Source: Deltaproteobacteria bacterium
GTDB lineage: Bacteria > Desulfobacterota > Binatia > Binatales > Binataceae
Length of the DNA: 64,000 nucleotides
Assembly: GCA_021780755.1 (NCBI GenBank)
Contig: JAJXYF010000039.1
Span: forward strand, 11,529-75,528
Reading direction: 5' to 3'
Positions 40,463 to 50,154 of this stretch are shown here, piece after piece. Position 1 is the stretch's first letter; every line of letters starts with the position of its first letter. The notes under the pieces are model-generated. The model was not told where the DNA came from and searched no databases. It worked only from the letters and a program-made list of their open reading frames with translations. A program made the translations under genes and the position numbers.

Positions 40463-41701
40463 CTAGATTATCCCGTCGCGCTTCAGCGCCGCGAGCTCGC
40501 TGCCGCTCACGCCGAGCATCTCGCCGTAAACGCGGTCGTTGTCGTGGCCGACCGGCACCGATCCGCGCCAGATTTTGCCCGGCGTCTTCGAGAATTTCGG
40601 CACGATCCCGATTCCCTTCACGCGGCCGACCTGCACGTCGTCCCATTCCACGTGCATCTCGCGCGCCTTGTAATGCGGGTCCTCGGCGATGTCCTTGCTG
40701 GTCATGATCGCCGCGCACGGCACCTGCGCCTCGTTCAAGATACGCACGACGTCGGCGGTCGAACGCTCCGCGATCCATCCGCGCAAAATCGCGTCGAATT
40801 CGATCCCTTCGATCGACTCCAGGTTGGTCCGCGCGCTTTGCCATTTCGGATCGGCCGGGTCGAGCCCGATCGCGCCCAACAACCGCGTGTACACTTCGGT
40901 CAACGCGCCCAACGCGATCCAGCCGTCGGCGGTCTCAAAGCTGTCGAGTGGCTGGAAGCCCTGCCCCTTGTTGCCCGAGCGCTCGCGCACGACTTCTTTC
41001 TGAAAATATTCGACCATCGTGCCGCCCAACGTGCGATGGATCGCTTCGAACTGAGCGATATCGATCGACTGCCCAACGCCGTGCGCGCGGGCATAGGTGA
41101 GCGCCGCCAGCGACGACCACATCGTGAACATCGCCGTCATGTAATCGCCGGTCCACGGGGCCGCCCGGGTGGGAGGATTGTCGGGATAGCCGGTCTGGTA
41201 CATGGTGCCGCTGAACGCCTGCCCCACGATATCGTAAGAGGTGCGCCGGATGTACGCCGGATCGCCGTATTGCCCGTAACCCGAGACGTGCGTAATGACC
41301 AGCTTCGGATTGAGCCTGCGCACCGAGTCGTCGTCGAGGCCCCAGCGCGGGTAAGTGCCGGGCTTCGAGCTTTCCATCCAGATGTCGCAAGCCGGAATCA
41401 TTTTCAGGAACAGATCGCGGCCGCGCGGCTTCGACAAATCGAGCGTGACGCAGAGCACGTTGCGCCGCTCCTGGACCCAGTTGGTCGCGACCGGCGCACC
41501 GCCGTCGCGCGACGGCAGCGTAATCCCTAACGTCCGCCAGCCCGCGTCGCCGCCACCCGGCCGTTCGATCTGAATTACCTCGGCCCCCATCTCGGCGGCC
41601 AATTGACCGGCGAACGGCTGCGCGATCAGCGTTCCCGTCGAGATTATGCGCACGCCCTGAAGCGGGCCAAAAGATTCGGGCACCAGCGATTTCGCGGCCA
41701 T
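40463..41701 (-). CDS. CaiB/BaiF family III CoA-transferase
   Basis: GPLQGVRI, GAEVIQIE, LDL, SGYGQYG, SYD, PVGHDN. Confidence 0.9.
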   Translation of the reverse strand: MAAKSLVPESFGPLQGVRIISTGTLIAQPFAGQLAAEMGAEVIQIERPGGGDAGWRTLGITLPSRDGGAPVATNWVQERRNVLCVTLDLSKPRGRDLFLKMIPACDIWMESSKPGTYPRWGLDDDSVRRLNPKLVITHVSGYGQYGDPAYIRRTSYDIVGQAFSGTMYQTGYPDNPPTRAAPWTGDYMTAMFTMWSSLAALTYARAHGVGQSIDIAQFEAIHRTLGGTMVEYFQKEVVRERSGNKGQGFQPLDSFETADGWIALGALTEVYTRLLGAIGLDPADPKWQSARTNLESIEGIEFDAILRGWIAERSTADVVRILNEAQVPCAAIMTSKDIAEDPHYKAREMHVEWDDVQVGRVKGIGIVPKFSKTPGKIWRGSVPVGHDNDRVYGEMLGVSGSELAALKRDGII

Positions 41702-41914
41702 TCGATCTCCTTAATGGGGTTAATGACGCGCCTCCCCGTGGCGCGCATCCACGATCATGCAATGATTGCCGCGCGACGGGCAACGATCAAGGTTCGCGCC
41801 GGCGGCGGGCCGTCGGCAGACGTTTTCCGCGAGCGCGCCGAGGGCTATTATATCCCGCGCCCGACTGCGATTATTGATCTGCATCGACGAATTATGTTTG
41901 AAGGAAATTCCTCA

Positions 41915-43252
41915 ATGAGCGGCTCGATCGATCGGCGCGAGTTGACCTTAAAGGCGCTGGCCGGCCTCCTCGGCGGCGCGATTGGATGGGTGCCGGTCGA
42001 AATCGCCAATCACGGCCATTCGCTGACCGAGGCACCCACCACCGCCCAATACGTCGGCGACCTGGTCTCGATGGCGCTGATGGCGGGCCTCATCGGCGCA
42101 TTGATCCTGGCCACCGAGGACAACTCGCTCCAGTTCAGTCGGCGCGCGCAGTTTCCTTTTGTCGCGCTGGAGGTACCGGCGCAAGCCAAGCGCCGCGCAC
42201 TGCGCGGATTCATCCTGTGCTTTATCCTCGCGATCCCGGCCAATTACTATTCGAACATCGCCTTCGGCGCGATCCTCACTGCCGGTGGATGGGAGGTCAA
42301 CCATCCCGGTTCGCTCTTCTACCTGATTCTCGCGCGCCTCATCGGTTGGACCCTGATGGGCATGATGCTCGGGGTCGGCGTGGGACTCTCCACGCTCTCG
42401 CTGCGCAACGTGGTCAAGGGCGCCGCGGGCGGATGGATCGGCGGCTTTGTCGGCGGACTGGTCTTTGATTTTATCGGTTCGATCACCGAGTCCGGACTGC
42501 CTTCGCGCTTTGTCGCCTTGAGCGCGATCGGCCTTTCCATCGGCCTCTTCATCGGGCTGGTTCAGGAACTGACCAAGAGCGCCTGGCTCGCGGTCGAAGC
42601 GGGACGTTTGCGCGGACGCCAGTATCGTCTCGACGGCGCCACCGCGACCATCGGACGCGCCGAGGAAAATCCCGTCGGGCTCTTCGGCGATCCGGGCGTG
42701 CAGGCGCGTCACGCCATCATTGAGCGACGCGGCGCCGACTACTCGATTCGCAATCTCGCCGTGCAGGAAGGCACCTTCGTCAACGGCAACCGGATCGAGA
42801 CCGTGCCTCTGCATGACGGCGATCGCATCCGCATCAGCAACTACGAAATGAGTTTTCATTCGCGCGCGGGCGCGCACGCGGCCAGCCTCGCGACGGCAAA
42901 TCCGCCCCGCCCCGCCGCTGCGTCCACGATCGCACCATCGGCGAGCGTGGTCGCGAGTACGTCGGCGGGCGCCGCGCCGGCCTATCTCGCCGGACGCAAC
43001 GGTGACCGTTACGCACTGCGCGCCGACGCCGCGACCAGCCTCGGACGCGCGCTCGACAATGATATCGTGGTGACCGACGCCTCCGCCTCGCGCCATCACG
43101 CAACCATCGAGGCCATCAACGGCGGCTTTCGCCTGCGCGATCTCGGCAGCCAGAACGGCACCTTCGTCGGCACCCAGCGGGTTACCGACACGCCGCTCGG
43201 CAACGGCGATACTGTGCGAATTGGCGACGCCGTGTTTACCTTCCATGGCTGA
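41915..43252 (+). CDS. Polytopic membrane protein with two C-terminal FHA domains
   Basis: About 6 Gly-rich TM segments; IGR...RHA...GTFVNG and LGR..DND.....ASRHHA...SQNGTFV. Confidence 0.88.
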   Translation: MSGSIDRRELTLKALAGLLGGAIGWVPVEIANHGHSLTEAPTTAQYVGDLVSMALMAGLIGALILATEDNSLQFSRRAQFPFVALEVPAQAKRRALRGFILCFILAIPANYYSNIAFGAILTAGGWEVNHPGSLFYLILARLIGWTLMGMMLGVGVGLSTLSLRNVVKGAAGGWIGGFVGGLVFDFIGSITESGLPSRFVALSAIGLSIGLFIGLVQELTKSAWLAVEAGRLRGRQYRLDGATATIGRAEENPVGLFGDPGVQARHAIIERRGADYSIRNLAVQEGTFVNGNRIETVPLHDGDRIRISNYEMSFHSRAGAHAASLATANPPRPAAASTIAPSASVVASTSAGAAPAYLAGRNGDRYALRADAATSLGRALDNDIVVTDASASRHHATIEAINGGFRLRDLGSQNGTFVGTQRVTDTPLGNGDTVRIGDAVFTFHG

Positions 43253-43640
43253 TTCGACCATCGAAAGAGCGCGCTATTGCTCGCAATGCGGGCAGCCGGT
43301 GACGGTGATCGACGCGGCCTTCTGCAAGGAATGCGGCGCGCCGCTGCCCGGCACGGTGTGGCTCAGCCATGAAATCACCTGGCGCCCGTTCGTCGCATTT
43401 GCCCTGAGCATCGTTCCGGGCCTCGGCCATTTCTACAAGCGACAGCCCGGGCGCGGCGTGGTCTGGTTCCTCTTCGTGACCTTCATGTACGCTAGCGCGC
43501 CGCCGCTCGGTTGGATCGTGCATCTGATCTGCGCTGTCAACGCGGCCTTCGCCGGCGCGATCAAGGAAGACGCGCTCGCCCGTTCAATCCCCGGCGGCGG
43601 TCCGGGGAGATTATCGGCGACGGCGCGTCCACGATCGTAG
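43245..43640 (+). CDS. Zinc-ribbon + transmembrane protein
   Basis: YCSQCG...FCKECGAPL, then SIVPGLGHFY TM hairpin; overlaps the FHA gene stop. Confidence 0.8.
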   Translation: MADSTIERARYCSQCGQPVTVIDAAFCKECGAPLPGTVWLSHEITWRPFVAFALSIVPGLGHFYKRQPGRGVVWFLFVTFMYASAPPLGWIVHLICAVNAAFAGAIKEDALARSIPGGGPGRLSATARPRS

Positions 43641-43659
43641 GAGGTCTTCGCGCCCTTAG

Positions 43660-45312
43660 ATGATCGCGCCCAGCACCATAGTCGGCGGACGCTACCGGGT
43701 CGTCCGATCGCTCGGCGGCGGCGGCATGAAGCTGGTCTATCTGGCGGAGGATTTGCGCCTCGCGGGGCGGCCCTGCGCACTGGCCGAAATGGTCGATAGC
43801 TTCACCAGCCCCGACCTGCAGCAGCAGGCGGTCGCCGCCTTCAATCGCGAGGCCGACATGCTCGCGCAACTCGCCAACGAGCACATCCCCCGCATCTTCG
43901 ATCGCTTCAGCGAGGCCAACCATCACTATCTCGTGATGGAATATATCGACGGCACCACGCTCGAGGACGAACTGCGTGCCCACGGCGGCAAGCTGCCGCC
44001 GGCGCAGGTAATCGAAATCGCATCGCAAATCCTGACCACGCTTGAATATCTGCACAATCTCGATCCGCCGGTGATCTACCGCGACTTGAAGCCGTCGAAC
44101 GTGATGGTCACGCCCGACGGCATGGCGAAGCTCATCGACTTCGGCATCGCGCGCCTTTTCGCACCCCTCAGCAACGCCACCATGATCGGCACGCAGGGCT
44201 ACGCACCGCCCGAACAGTATCGCGGACGCGTCGAGACCCGCTCGGATTTGTACGCGCTGGGCGCCACCATGCATCACGCGCTCTCGGGCCGCGATCCCGC
44301 CGCCGAGCCGCCCTTCAGTTTCCCCTCGCTGCGCAAATTGTGCCCCGACCTCGACCCATCGCTCGGCGCCCTGGTCGATCAGGCGCTGGCCTATGACGTC
44401 GTCAACCGGATGCGCGACGCCACGGATTTCAAGCGCCGGCTGATCGAGATCAAGACCGGCGCAAGTGACGCGTCCAAACCGGCGGGCGCCGCCACAAACC
44501 GATCCGCCGGGCGCCCCCAGCTTCCGCTCCCGCTCGGCAACCCGACCCCGGCCGCCGCCGATGCGGAAGTTCAGGCCGCGGCCGGCGGCCCGGCTCAGGC
44601 GGCCCGTCCGGTGTCCCCCGGCGCGTCCGCCGCGAGTGCCTCGGCGAGTTCCGCGCGAGGGCCGATTTCTCCACCGCCGCCCGCGGCCAGCGCCTCCAGC
44701 CCGACGGTGCTCAGCGTCGGTGCCGAGATCAAGTGTCCGAGTTGCGCCCGCATGATTCCGATCGATTCGCGATTCTGCTCGTACTGCGCCGTCGATTTGC
44801 GCCATTCTATGGCGCCGTTCGAACTCGGTGGGAATGCCGACGCCGAGACCGCCGTGCTCGACGGCCGCCAATGGAACCATCGGACCAGCCGCGGCGGCCG
44901 CGACCGCACGCAAGCGCAATTCGGCGGTAGGCGATCGCGCCGCCATCTGCGCCATCCGCTCCTGCTGATCGTCGCGATCTTCGCGATCTCGTTCATCATC
45001 AGAATGATCATCCTGAACGAAGTCACGCCCGCCGCTCCCGCCGGAGACGAAAGCGGTTCGTCCGCGGCGCCCGGCGCCACCGTGCCCGACGCCGACAGCA
45101 GTGACGCGCGTCTCGCCAACTTGCGCCAGGCGTTGGACAACGCCGGCTATCGCTCGGTTCGCTTTCGCCTCAACGGCAACGTGCTCGAGGTCTGGGGCAC
45201 CGTCCCCGATGAATTTGATCGGGTCAACGTGCAGGCGTTGATCTTTCGCAGCGTCGGCATCGTTTTGCTGCAAGACAACTTGCGCGTCAGCAGCACCTAC
45301 GCCGAGCCCTAG
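43660..45312 (+). CDS. Hanks-type Ser/Thr protein kinase with zinc ribbon, TM and BON-like C-terminus; WNK-like lysine placement
   Basis: LGGGGMKLVY, CALAEM, F.RE, LVMEYI, YRDLKPSN, DFG, GT.GYAPPEQ, SDLYALG; CPSC...FCSYC; TM; C-terminal LEVWGTVP...DNLRV. Confidence 0.92.
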   Translation: MIAPSTIVGGRYRVVRSLGGGGMKLVYLAEDLRLAGRPCALAEMVDSFTSPDLQQQAVAAFNREADMLAQLANEHIPRIFDRFSEANHHYLVMEYIDGTTLEDELRAHGGKLPPAQVIEIASQILTTLEYLHNLDPPVIYRDLKPSNVMVTPDGMAKLIDFGIARLFAPLSNATMIGTQGYAPPEQYRGRVETRSDLYALGATMHHALSGRDPAAEPPFSFPSLRKLCPDLDPSLGALVDQALAYDVVNRMRDATDFKRRLIEIKTGASDASKPAGAATNRSAGRPQLPLPLGNPTPAAADAEVQAAAGGPAQAARPVSPGASAASASASSARGPISPPPPAASASSPTVLSVGAEIKCPSCARMIPIDSRFCSYCAVDLRHSMAPFELGGNADAETAVLDGRQWNHRTSRGGRDRTQAQFGGRRSRRHLRHPLLLIVAIFAISFIIRMIILNEVTPAAPAGDESGSSAAPGATVPDADSSDARLANLRQALDNAGYRSVRFRLNGNVLEVWGTVPDEFDRVNVQALIFRSVGIVLLQDNLRVSSTYAEP

Positions 45313-45449
45313 GCAGAACCTCGCGCGCTCCCGGCGTGCGTCATCCATTGGTTGAGTTCCTCAACAACTCTTGGCTTCTTTTGGCCGCCGGTTGGCCCGC
45401 GGTCGCGGGGCTTTTCAAGGGCGGCGGTCGCGTGTGAAACTCGATCCGT

Positions 45450-46133
45450 ATGCTGGTTGATTTACACGTCCACACCGCGCTCTCGTCTGACTCCAACGTC
45501 GCGCCCGAGCGATATCTCGAAGCGATCGCGAAAAATACCACACCGCTTGGGGCGATTTGCTTTACCGAGCACCGGCGGTTTCCGGTGGAGGCAGAAATCG
45601 ACGCGCTCTACGCGGAACTTTCCCAGCGCTTCGGCGTGCACATTTTCAAGGGCGTCGAGGCCGACACCAATCTCGGTCATCTGCTGATTTTCGGCGTCAC
45701 GGGCGAATTGCGCCGCCGCTTCGATCTCGATTCGCGCATGCTGCGCGCGGAACATGTGATCGAGGTGGTGCACGGCGAGGGCGGCATCGCGATTCCCGCG
45801 CATCCGTTTCGCGATTCGGGCTACGGCGTGCGCCTCGACGAGCTGCTCGCGAAACTCGGCCCGGCGCTTAGCGCGATCGAAGCCGTCAACGGCCAGAATT
45901 CGGCCGGCCAGAATGACGAAGCGCTCGCGATGGCGGAGAAGCTCGGGCTCACGCCACTCGGCGGCAGTGACGCGCATTTTTCGACCGCCAACTGGTTTCT
46001 GACCTGCGCGACGGAACTTGATCGCGCCGTCGCCAGCGTCGAGGAGCTGTGCGTCGAATTGCGCGCCGGCCGTGCCCGTCCGTATTACTTTGCGCGTGAT
46101 TCCGCGCCGCACCGCCGCGGGCAACAGCAATGA
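45450..46133 (+). CDS. PHP domain metallo-phosphoesterase
   Basis: DLHVHT..SSDS, FTEH, GHLL, AHPFR, GGSDAH. Confidence 0.88.
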   Translation: MLVDLHVHTALSSDSNVAPERYLEAIAKNTTPLGAICFTEHRRFPVEAEIDALYAELSQRFGVHIFKGVEADTNLGHLLIFGVTGELRRRFDLDSRMLRAEHVIEVVHGEGGIAIPAHPFRDSGYGVRLDELLAKLGPALSAIEAVNGQNSAGQNDEALAMAEKLGLTPLGGSDAHFSTANWFLTCATELDRAVASVEELCVELRAGRARPYYFARDSAPHRRGQQQ

Positions 46134-46235
46134 GTTCGCCGGGCGCGTCACGCGAGCATAGCGAGGCGAGCGCAATCCGCAACTGAACCGACGCCGAAAG
46201 TACACTGCGTCCGCAGCCCGACACGGAGGATTGCT

Positions 46236-47087
46236 ATGAAATTTGGAACCTTCATCACCAGCGTCAAGCCCGAACGAATCGCGACACACGTCCGCGCCGC
46301 CGAGGACATCGGCTTCGAATCGGTATGGATTGGCGAGCACATGATCCTGCCGACGGTGTCCGAATCGAAGTATCCCTACTCGCCCGATGGCCGCTTTCCC
46401 GCGCCGCCCGACGTCCCGTTCCACGACCCGATGATCGCGCTCGGTTATGCCGCCGCGCTGACCACGAAAATCAGGCTCGCGACCGGCATCTTCGTCGTCC
46501 CCCTGCGCAACGCGATCGCCACCGCCAAGGCGGTCGCCTCGCTCGACGTGCTGAGCCATGGCCGCGTGCTCTTCGGCGTCGGCGTGGGCTGGTGGGCGGA
46601 AGAATTCGCGGTGGTGGGCGCGCCGTTTAACGATCGCGCCTTGCGCACGCGCGAGTACCTCGAACTGATGAAGGAGCTGTGGACCAGCGACGAACCGGTT
46701 TATCGCGGCAAGACGATCGCGGTCGAGGGTGTGCGCTTTTATCCCAAGCCGGAGCAAAAGCCGCATCCGCCGATCGTCGTCGGCGGCACCAGCGACCTGG
46801 CGCTCAAGCGCACGGTCCGCTACGGCGACGGATGGTATGGAATCGCGAAGAGCCTCGACGAAGCGCGCACGCTGATTGAACGGCTGCGCGGACTCGAGCG
46901 CGCTGCCAAGCGCGTCAAGCCGGTTGAGATTACGCTGAGTCTGAGGACCGGCCACGCGATCACCCTCGAGGAGGTCAAGCGCCTCGGCGAACTGGGCGTC
47001 GAGCGGGCGCTGGTGGGATTACCGCTGCGCGCGTTCAGCGAGGACGAACTCGCGCGCTTCCATGACGAGGTTATGGCGCGGATGTAG
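46236..47087 (+). CDS. LLM class, probably F420-dependent, oxidoreductase
   Basis: GFESVWIGEH, YPYSPDG, AKAVASLDVLSHGR, GVGVGW..EEF, PKPEQKPHPPI. Confidence 0.9.
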   Translation: MKFGTFITSVKPERIATHVRAAEDIGFESVWIGEHMILPTVSESKYPYSPDGRFPAPPDVPFHDPMIALGYAAALTTKIRLATGIFVVPLRNAIATAKAVASLDVLSHGRVLFGVGVGWWAEEFAVVGAPFNDRALRTREYLELMKELWTSDEPVYRGKTIAVEGVRFYPKPEQKPHPPIVVGGTSDLALKRTVRYGDGWYGIAKSLDEARTLIERLRGLERAAKRVKPVEITLSLRTGHAITLEEVKRLGELGVERALVGLPLRAFSEDELARFHDEVMARM

Positions 47088-47116
47088 CGCCGACCGCCGG
47101 CGACGCTCCGACGCGG

Positions 47117-49189
47117 CTACGAGCTCTCCAGCTCGCGGATGAAGCGCCGGAGATCCGCCGGACGGCCCGCCGCGACGATCAGATCGCCCGGCTTGAGCAC
47201 GCGGTCGGGACCGAGCGGGGCAAATCCGTTTTGTGGGTCGCCGCCATCCTGAACCGCGAGCACACTGACCGCGTAGCGCGCGCGCGGGTCCAGTTGGCGA
47301 ACCGTTTTGCCGCTCGCCCCGGCCGGAATTTTGATTCGCGTGACGCGATATCCGGTGGCCCAGAAGATGCCGCGGTCGCCGGTCTCGTGGGCGGACAAGG
47401 AAACCGTAACGCGATTGAACGCCTGCGATACGTTGCGCCGCGAAATCAGCCCTAGAAACCGTCCGCCGTTGGGATGTTCGACCACCGGAATCTCATCGAG
47501 CGCCTCGTATTCCATCATCTGCGCGGCCTGATCCAGGTTCGATTCCGGCGTCACCACGGGCGGATTGCGGCGGCTCAAATCGAACGCGTTGATCAGCGCA
47601 CCCAGTTCGGTGCCGCTCGCGAGCACCCCCAGCAGGTCGCGCGTGACCACCAGTCCGGCCAGTTCACCGTCGCTGTTGACCACCGGCAGCGTGGCCTGCG
47701 CGGTCTCCCCCGCCATCCGCAGCACATCGGCCAGGGTGGCGTTCTCGCTCAGCACATCGACCTCTCTGTGCATCACCGAGGCGACCGGAAGCTGGGTCAG
47801 GACCATGCGCTCCTTGCCGATCGCGAGCGTCTTGCCCTCGCGGGCGAGCGAATAGGTATCGATCGATTCACTTTCGATCGAGCGCGCGACGACCAGTGCG
47901 GTGATCGTCGCAATCATCGCCGGCAATGCCACGGTGTAATTGAGCTGCGTCATCTCGAACAGCAGGAACAGGGCGGTGAGCGGCGCATGGGTCACCGCGG
48001 CGAGAAAGGCTCCGATCCCGACGAGCGAATACGAACCGTGCGGTCCGGCAATACCCGGTGCGATCAGTCCGAACAATCCGCGAAAGGCGCCGCCGCTCAT
48101 CGCGCCCATAAAAAAGACCGGGCCGAAGACTCCACCTGGCGCGCCGCAATCGAGCGAGACCGCGCTGGCGACGAATTTTGCCACGGTCAGACCAAGCAGC
48201 AGGCCGAGGCCGAGTTCTCCGTTGATTGCGCGATCGATTACCGGGTAGCCGTCGGAAAGATTTTGCGGCAACACGATCGCGATCACGCCGACCCCGGCGA
48301 GGCCGGCCGCGAGCTTCGCCCACTGGGGCATTTTAAGTGCGCGGAAGTAGCGGCCGGTCGCGTGGAAGAACCGGATATAGCCCGCGCCGAGCATGCCGAG
48401 CATCGCGCCCATCAGGCCGTAACTGAACAGTTCCCAGTAGCTCGTGATCAAGAAGGCGGCCGGATGAAAAACGGCACTCGCCTGTCCCATGATAGTCCGC
48501 GAGGTCACGACCGCCGTGAACGTCGCGATCACTACGAGCACCAGGTTGGTGAGGTCGGTCTGGCCCATCAGGACGATTTCCTGTGCGAACATCAGGCCGC
48601 CCATCGGTGCGTTGAAGGTGGTTGCGATACCGGCACCGGCGCCGGCCGCGACCAGCACTTTGGCGCGATCGACCGAAAGCCGGCGCAACTGCGCGACGGC
48701 CGACCCGATCGCGCCGCCGATCTGCGCAATCGGTCCCTCGCGGCCGACCGACGCGCCCGCGCCCAGCGACAGCGCGGCGCCCAGCGCCTTCAGCACGATC
48801 CATCGCCGCTTGATGCGCGCGTGGCCGAGGTTCACCATCTCGAGGAAATTTGGAAAGCCGTAACCGAGCACGTCACCCGGGAAGAAGAAATTCAGGATCA
48901 GAATGGCGGCGCCACCGCTTAACAAAATGATCGGGATGAGAAGGACCGTCGCCGAGCCTTCGCGGATACCCAAGGCATTCCATTCAAGGCCGCGAAAGAC
49001 CCACGAGAAGAACTCGATCAGGCGGCGAAAGCCGAGATTACCGAGCGCCGCCAGGACGCCGACCGCCACCGCGAGCAGAATCTGCTCGAGGTATTCGACC
49101 TGATCGGCGCGCAGTGAAAGCCCCGGCGCATCGACCAGCGGCTTCAGCGGCGCCGTGACTGTGGCGCCCGATACCTTCGCGGGCGGCAT
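47117..49189 (-). CDS. CLC family channel/transporter with CBS pair and TrkA-C domain
   Basis: GREGP, FNAP, GGVFGP, HAPLTA; CBS repeats; C-terminal RCK-like DRVLKPGD; TGATG overlap with the upstream hydrolase. Confidence 0.9.
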   Translation of the reverse strand: MPPAKVSGATVTAPLKPLVDAPGLSLRADQVEYLEQILLAVAVGVLAALGNLGFRRLIEFFSWVFRGLEWNALGIREGSATVLLIPIILLSGGAAILILNFFFPGDVLGYGFPNFLEMVNLGHARIKRRWIVLKALGAALSLGAGASVGREGPIAQIGGAIGSAVAQLRRLSVDRAKVLVAAGAGAGIATTFNAPMGGLMFAQEIVLMGQTDLTNLVLVVIATFTAVVTSRTIMGQASAVFHPAAFLITSYWELFSYGLMGAMLGMLGAGYIRFFHATGRYFRALKMPQWAKLAAGLAGVGVIAIVLPQNLSDGYPVIDRAINGELGLGLLLGLTVAKFVASAVSLDCGAPGGVFGPVFFMGAMSGGAFRGLFGLIAPGIAGPHGSYSLVGIGAFLAAVTHAPLTALFLLFEMTQLNYTVALPAMIATITALVVARSIESESIDTYSLAREGKTLAIGKERMVLTQLPVASVMHREVDVLSENATLADVLRMAGETAQATLPVVNSDGELAGLVVTRDLLGVLASGTELGALINAFDLSRRNPPVVTPESNLDQAAQMMEYEALDEIPVVEHPNGGRFLGLISRRNVSQAFNRVTVSLSAHETGDRGIFWATGYRVTRIKIPAGASGKTVRQLDPRARYAVSVLAVQDGGDPQNGFAPLGPDRVLKPGDLIVAAGRPADLRRFIRELESS

Positions 49190-50061
49190 CAGAGCTGCAG
49201 GAATCGATGGACGACGGTGAGAAATTCGGTGATCTGATCGTGATGGACCCAATGGCCCGCGTTCTTGATCGTCACCAGCTCCGCCGAACGAAACGCGTCG
49301 AGGCGCCCGTCGCGCTCCCAATCGCCGGCCCACGACGAATCGCCGCGCACCAGCAGGGTGCGACAACGGATTCGCGACCAGATCTCCATCGCGTCCTTGA
49401 GATTGAACAGGTACGGCGAGGTCGCGCGCGTATAGTTGTCGTACTTCCAGGAGAAGGTGCCGTTCTCATTGCGCCGCACGCCGTAGATGGTGAGATGGTG
49501 CGCCATCTGCTCGCTCAAGTGCGGATTGGCCTCGCGCATCCGCGCCATCGCCTGCTCGATGGTCGAGTACTCGCGCGGTTTGCGCTGGGCGAGCGCGCGC
49601 ATGTCGGTGACCCAGCTTTCCATCCGCTCGTAGGCGGGGGTCTCACGGAGCATCGCGCCCGGAGGTCCGAGGCCCTCGATCGCGATCATCGCCTTGACCG
49701 CCTCGGGAAATACGCCCGCGCGCTGCAGCACGACGCCGGCGCCGAGCGAATGGCCGATGAGCGTCACCGGGCCGGTCGGCTCGAGCGCGTTCAGGAGCTG
49801 GCCGAGGTCGAGCACGTGATCGGTTATCGAGTACGCGCCGCCGATAGCCCAGTCGGAATCGCCATGTCCGCGGAGGTCGGGCGCGACGATATGAAAATGA
49901 TCGCGCAGGTCGAGCGCGACGGCGTCCCAGTTGCGCGCATGGTCGCGGCCGCCGTGCACGAGGATCGCGAGCGGCTGGTCGTGATTACCCCAGTCCACGT
50001 AATGCAGTTTGAGGCGCTGGGAGTAGAAGAAATGCGACGTTGGCCCGATAATATCCGGCAT
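49189..50061 (-). CDS. Alpha/beta hydrolase
   Basis: LVHGG, DLRGHGDS, GHSLG nucleophile, AGHWVH. Confidence 0.9.
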   Translation of the reverse strand: MPDIIGPTSHFFYSQRLKLHYVDWGNHDQPLAILVHGGRDHARNWDAVALDLRDHFHIVAPDLRGHGDSDWAIGGAYSITDHVLDLGQLLNALEPTGPVTLIGHSLGAGVVLQRAGVFPEAVKAMIAIEGLGPPGAMLRETPAYERMESWVTDMRALAQRKPREYSTIEQAMARMREANPHLSEQMAHHLTIYGVRRNENGTFSWKYDNYTRATSPYLFNLKDAMEIWSRIRCRTLLVRGDSSWAGDWERDGRLDAFRSAELVTIKNAGHWVHHDQITEFLTVVHRFLQL

Positions 50062-50154
50062 GGACTCTCCCGTAATTGGCGGATGGCTACCTCAGAAATT
50101 TAGCTGAGCGCGACGGCCAGTAATAGTGGCAATGCGCCGGTGTCTATTCGCGCG

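Noticed and set aside
43660-44450. Kinase as a dead pseudokinase because the VAIK lysine is missing
   Set aside because: All other catalytic motifs are intact and a Lys sits at the WNK position; kept as a finding instead, though inactivity is not excluded.
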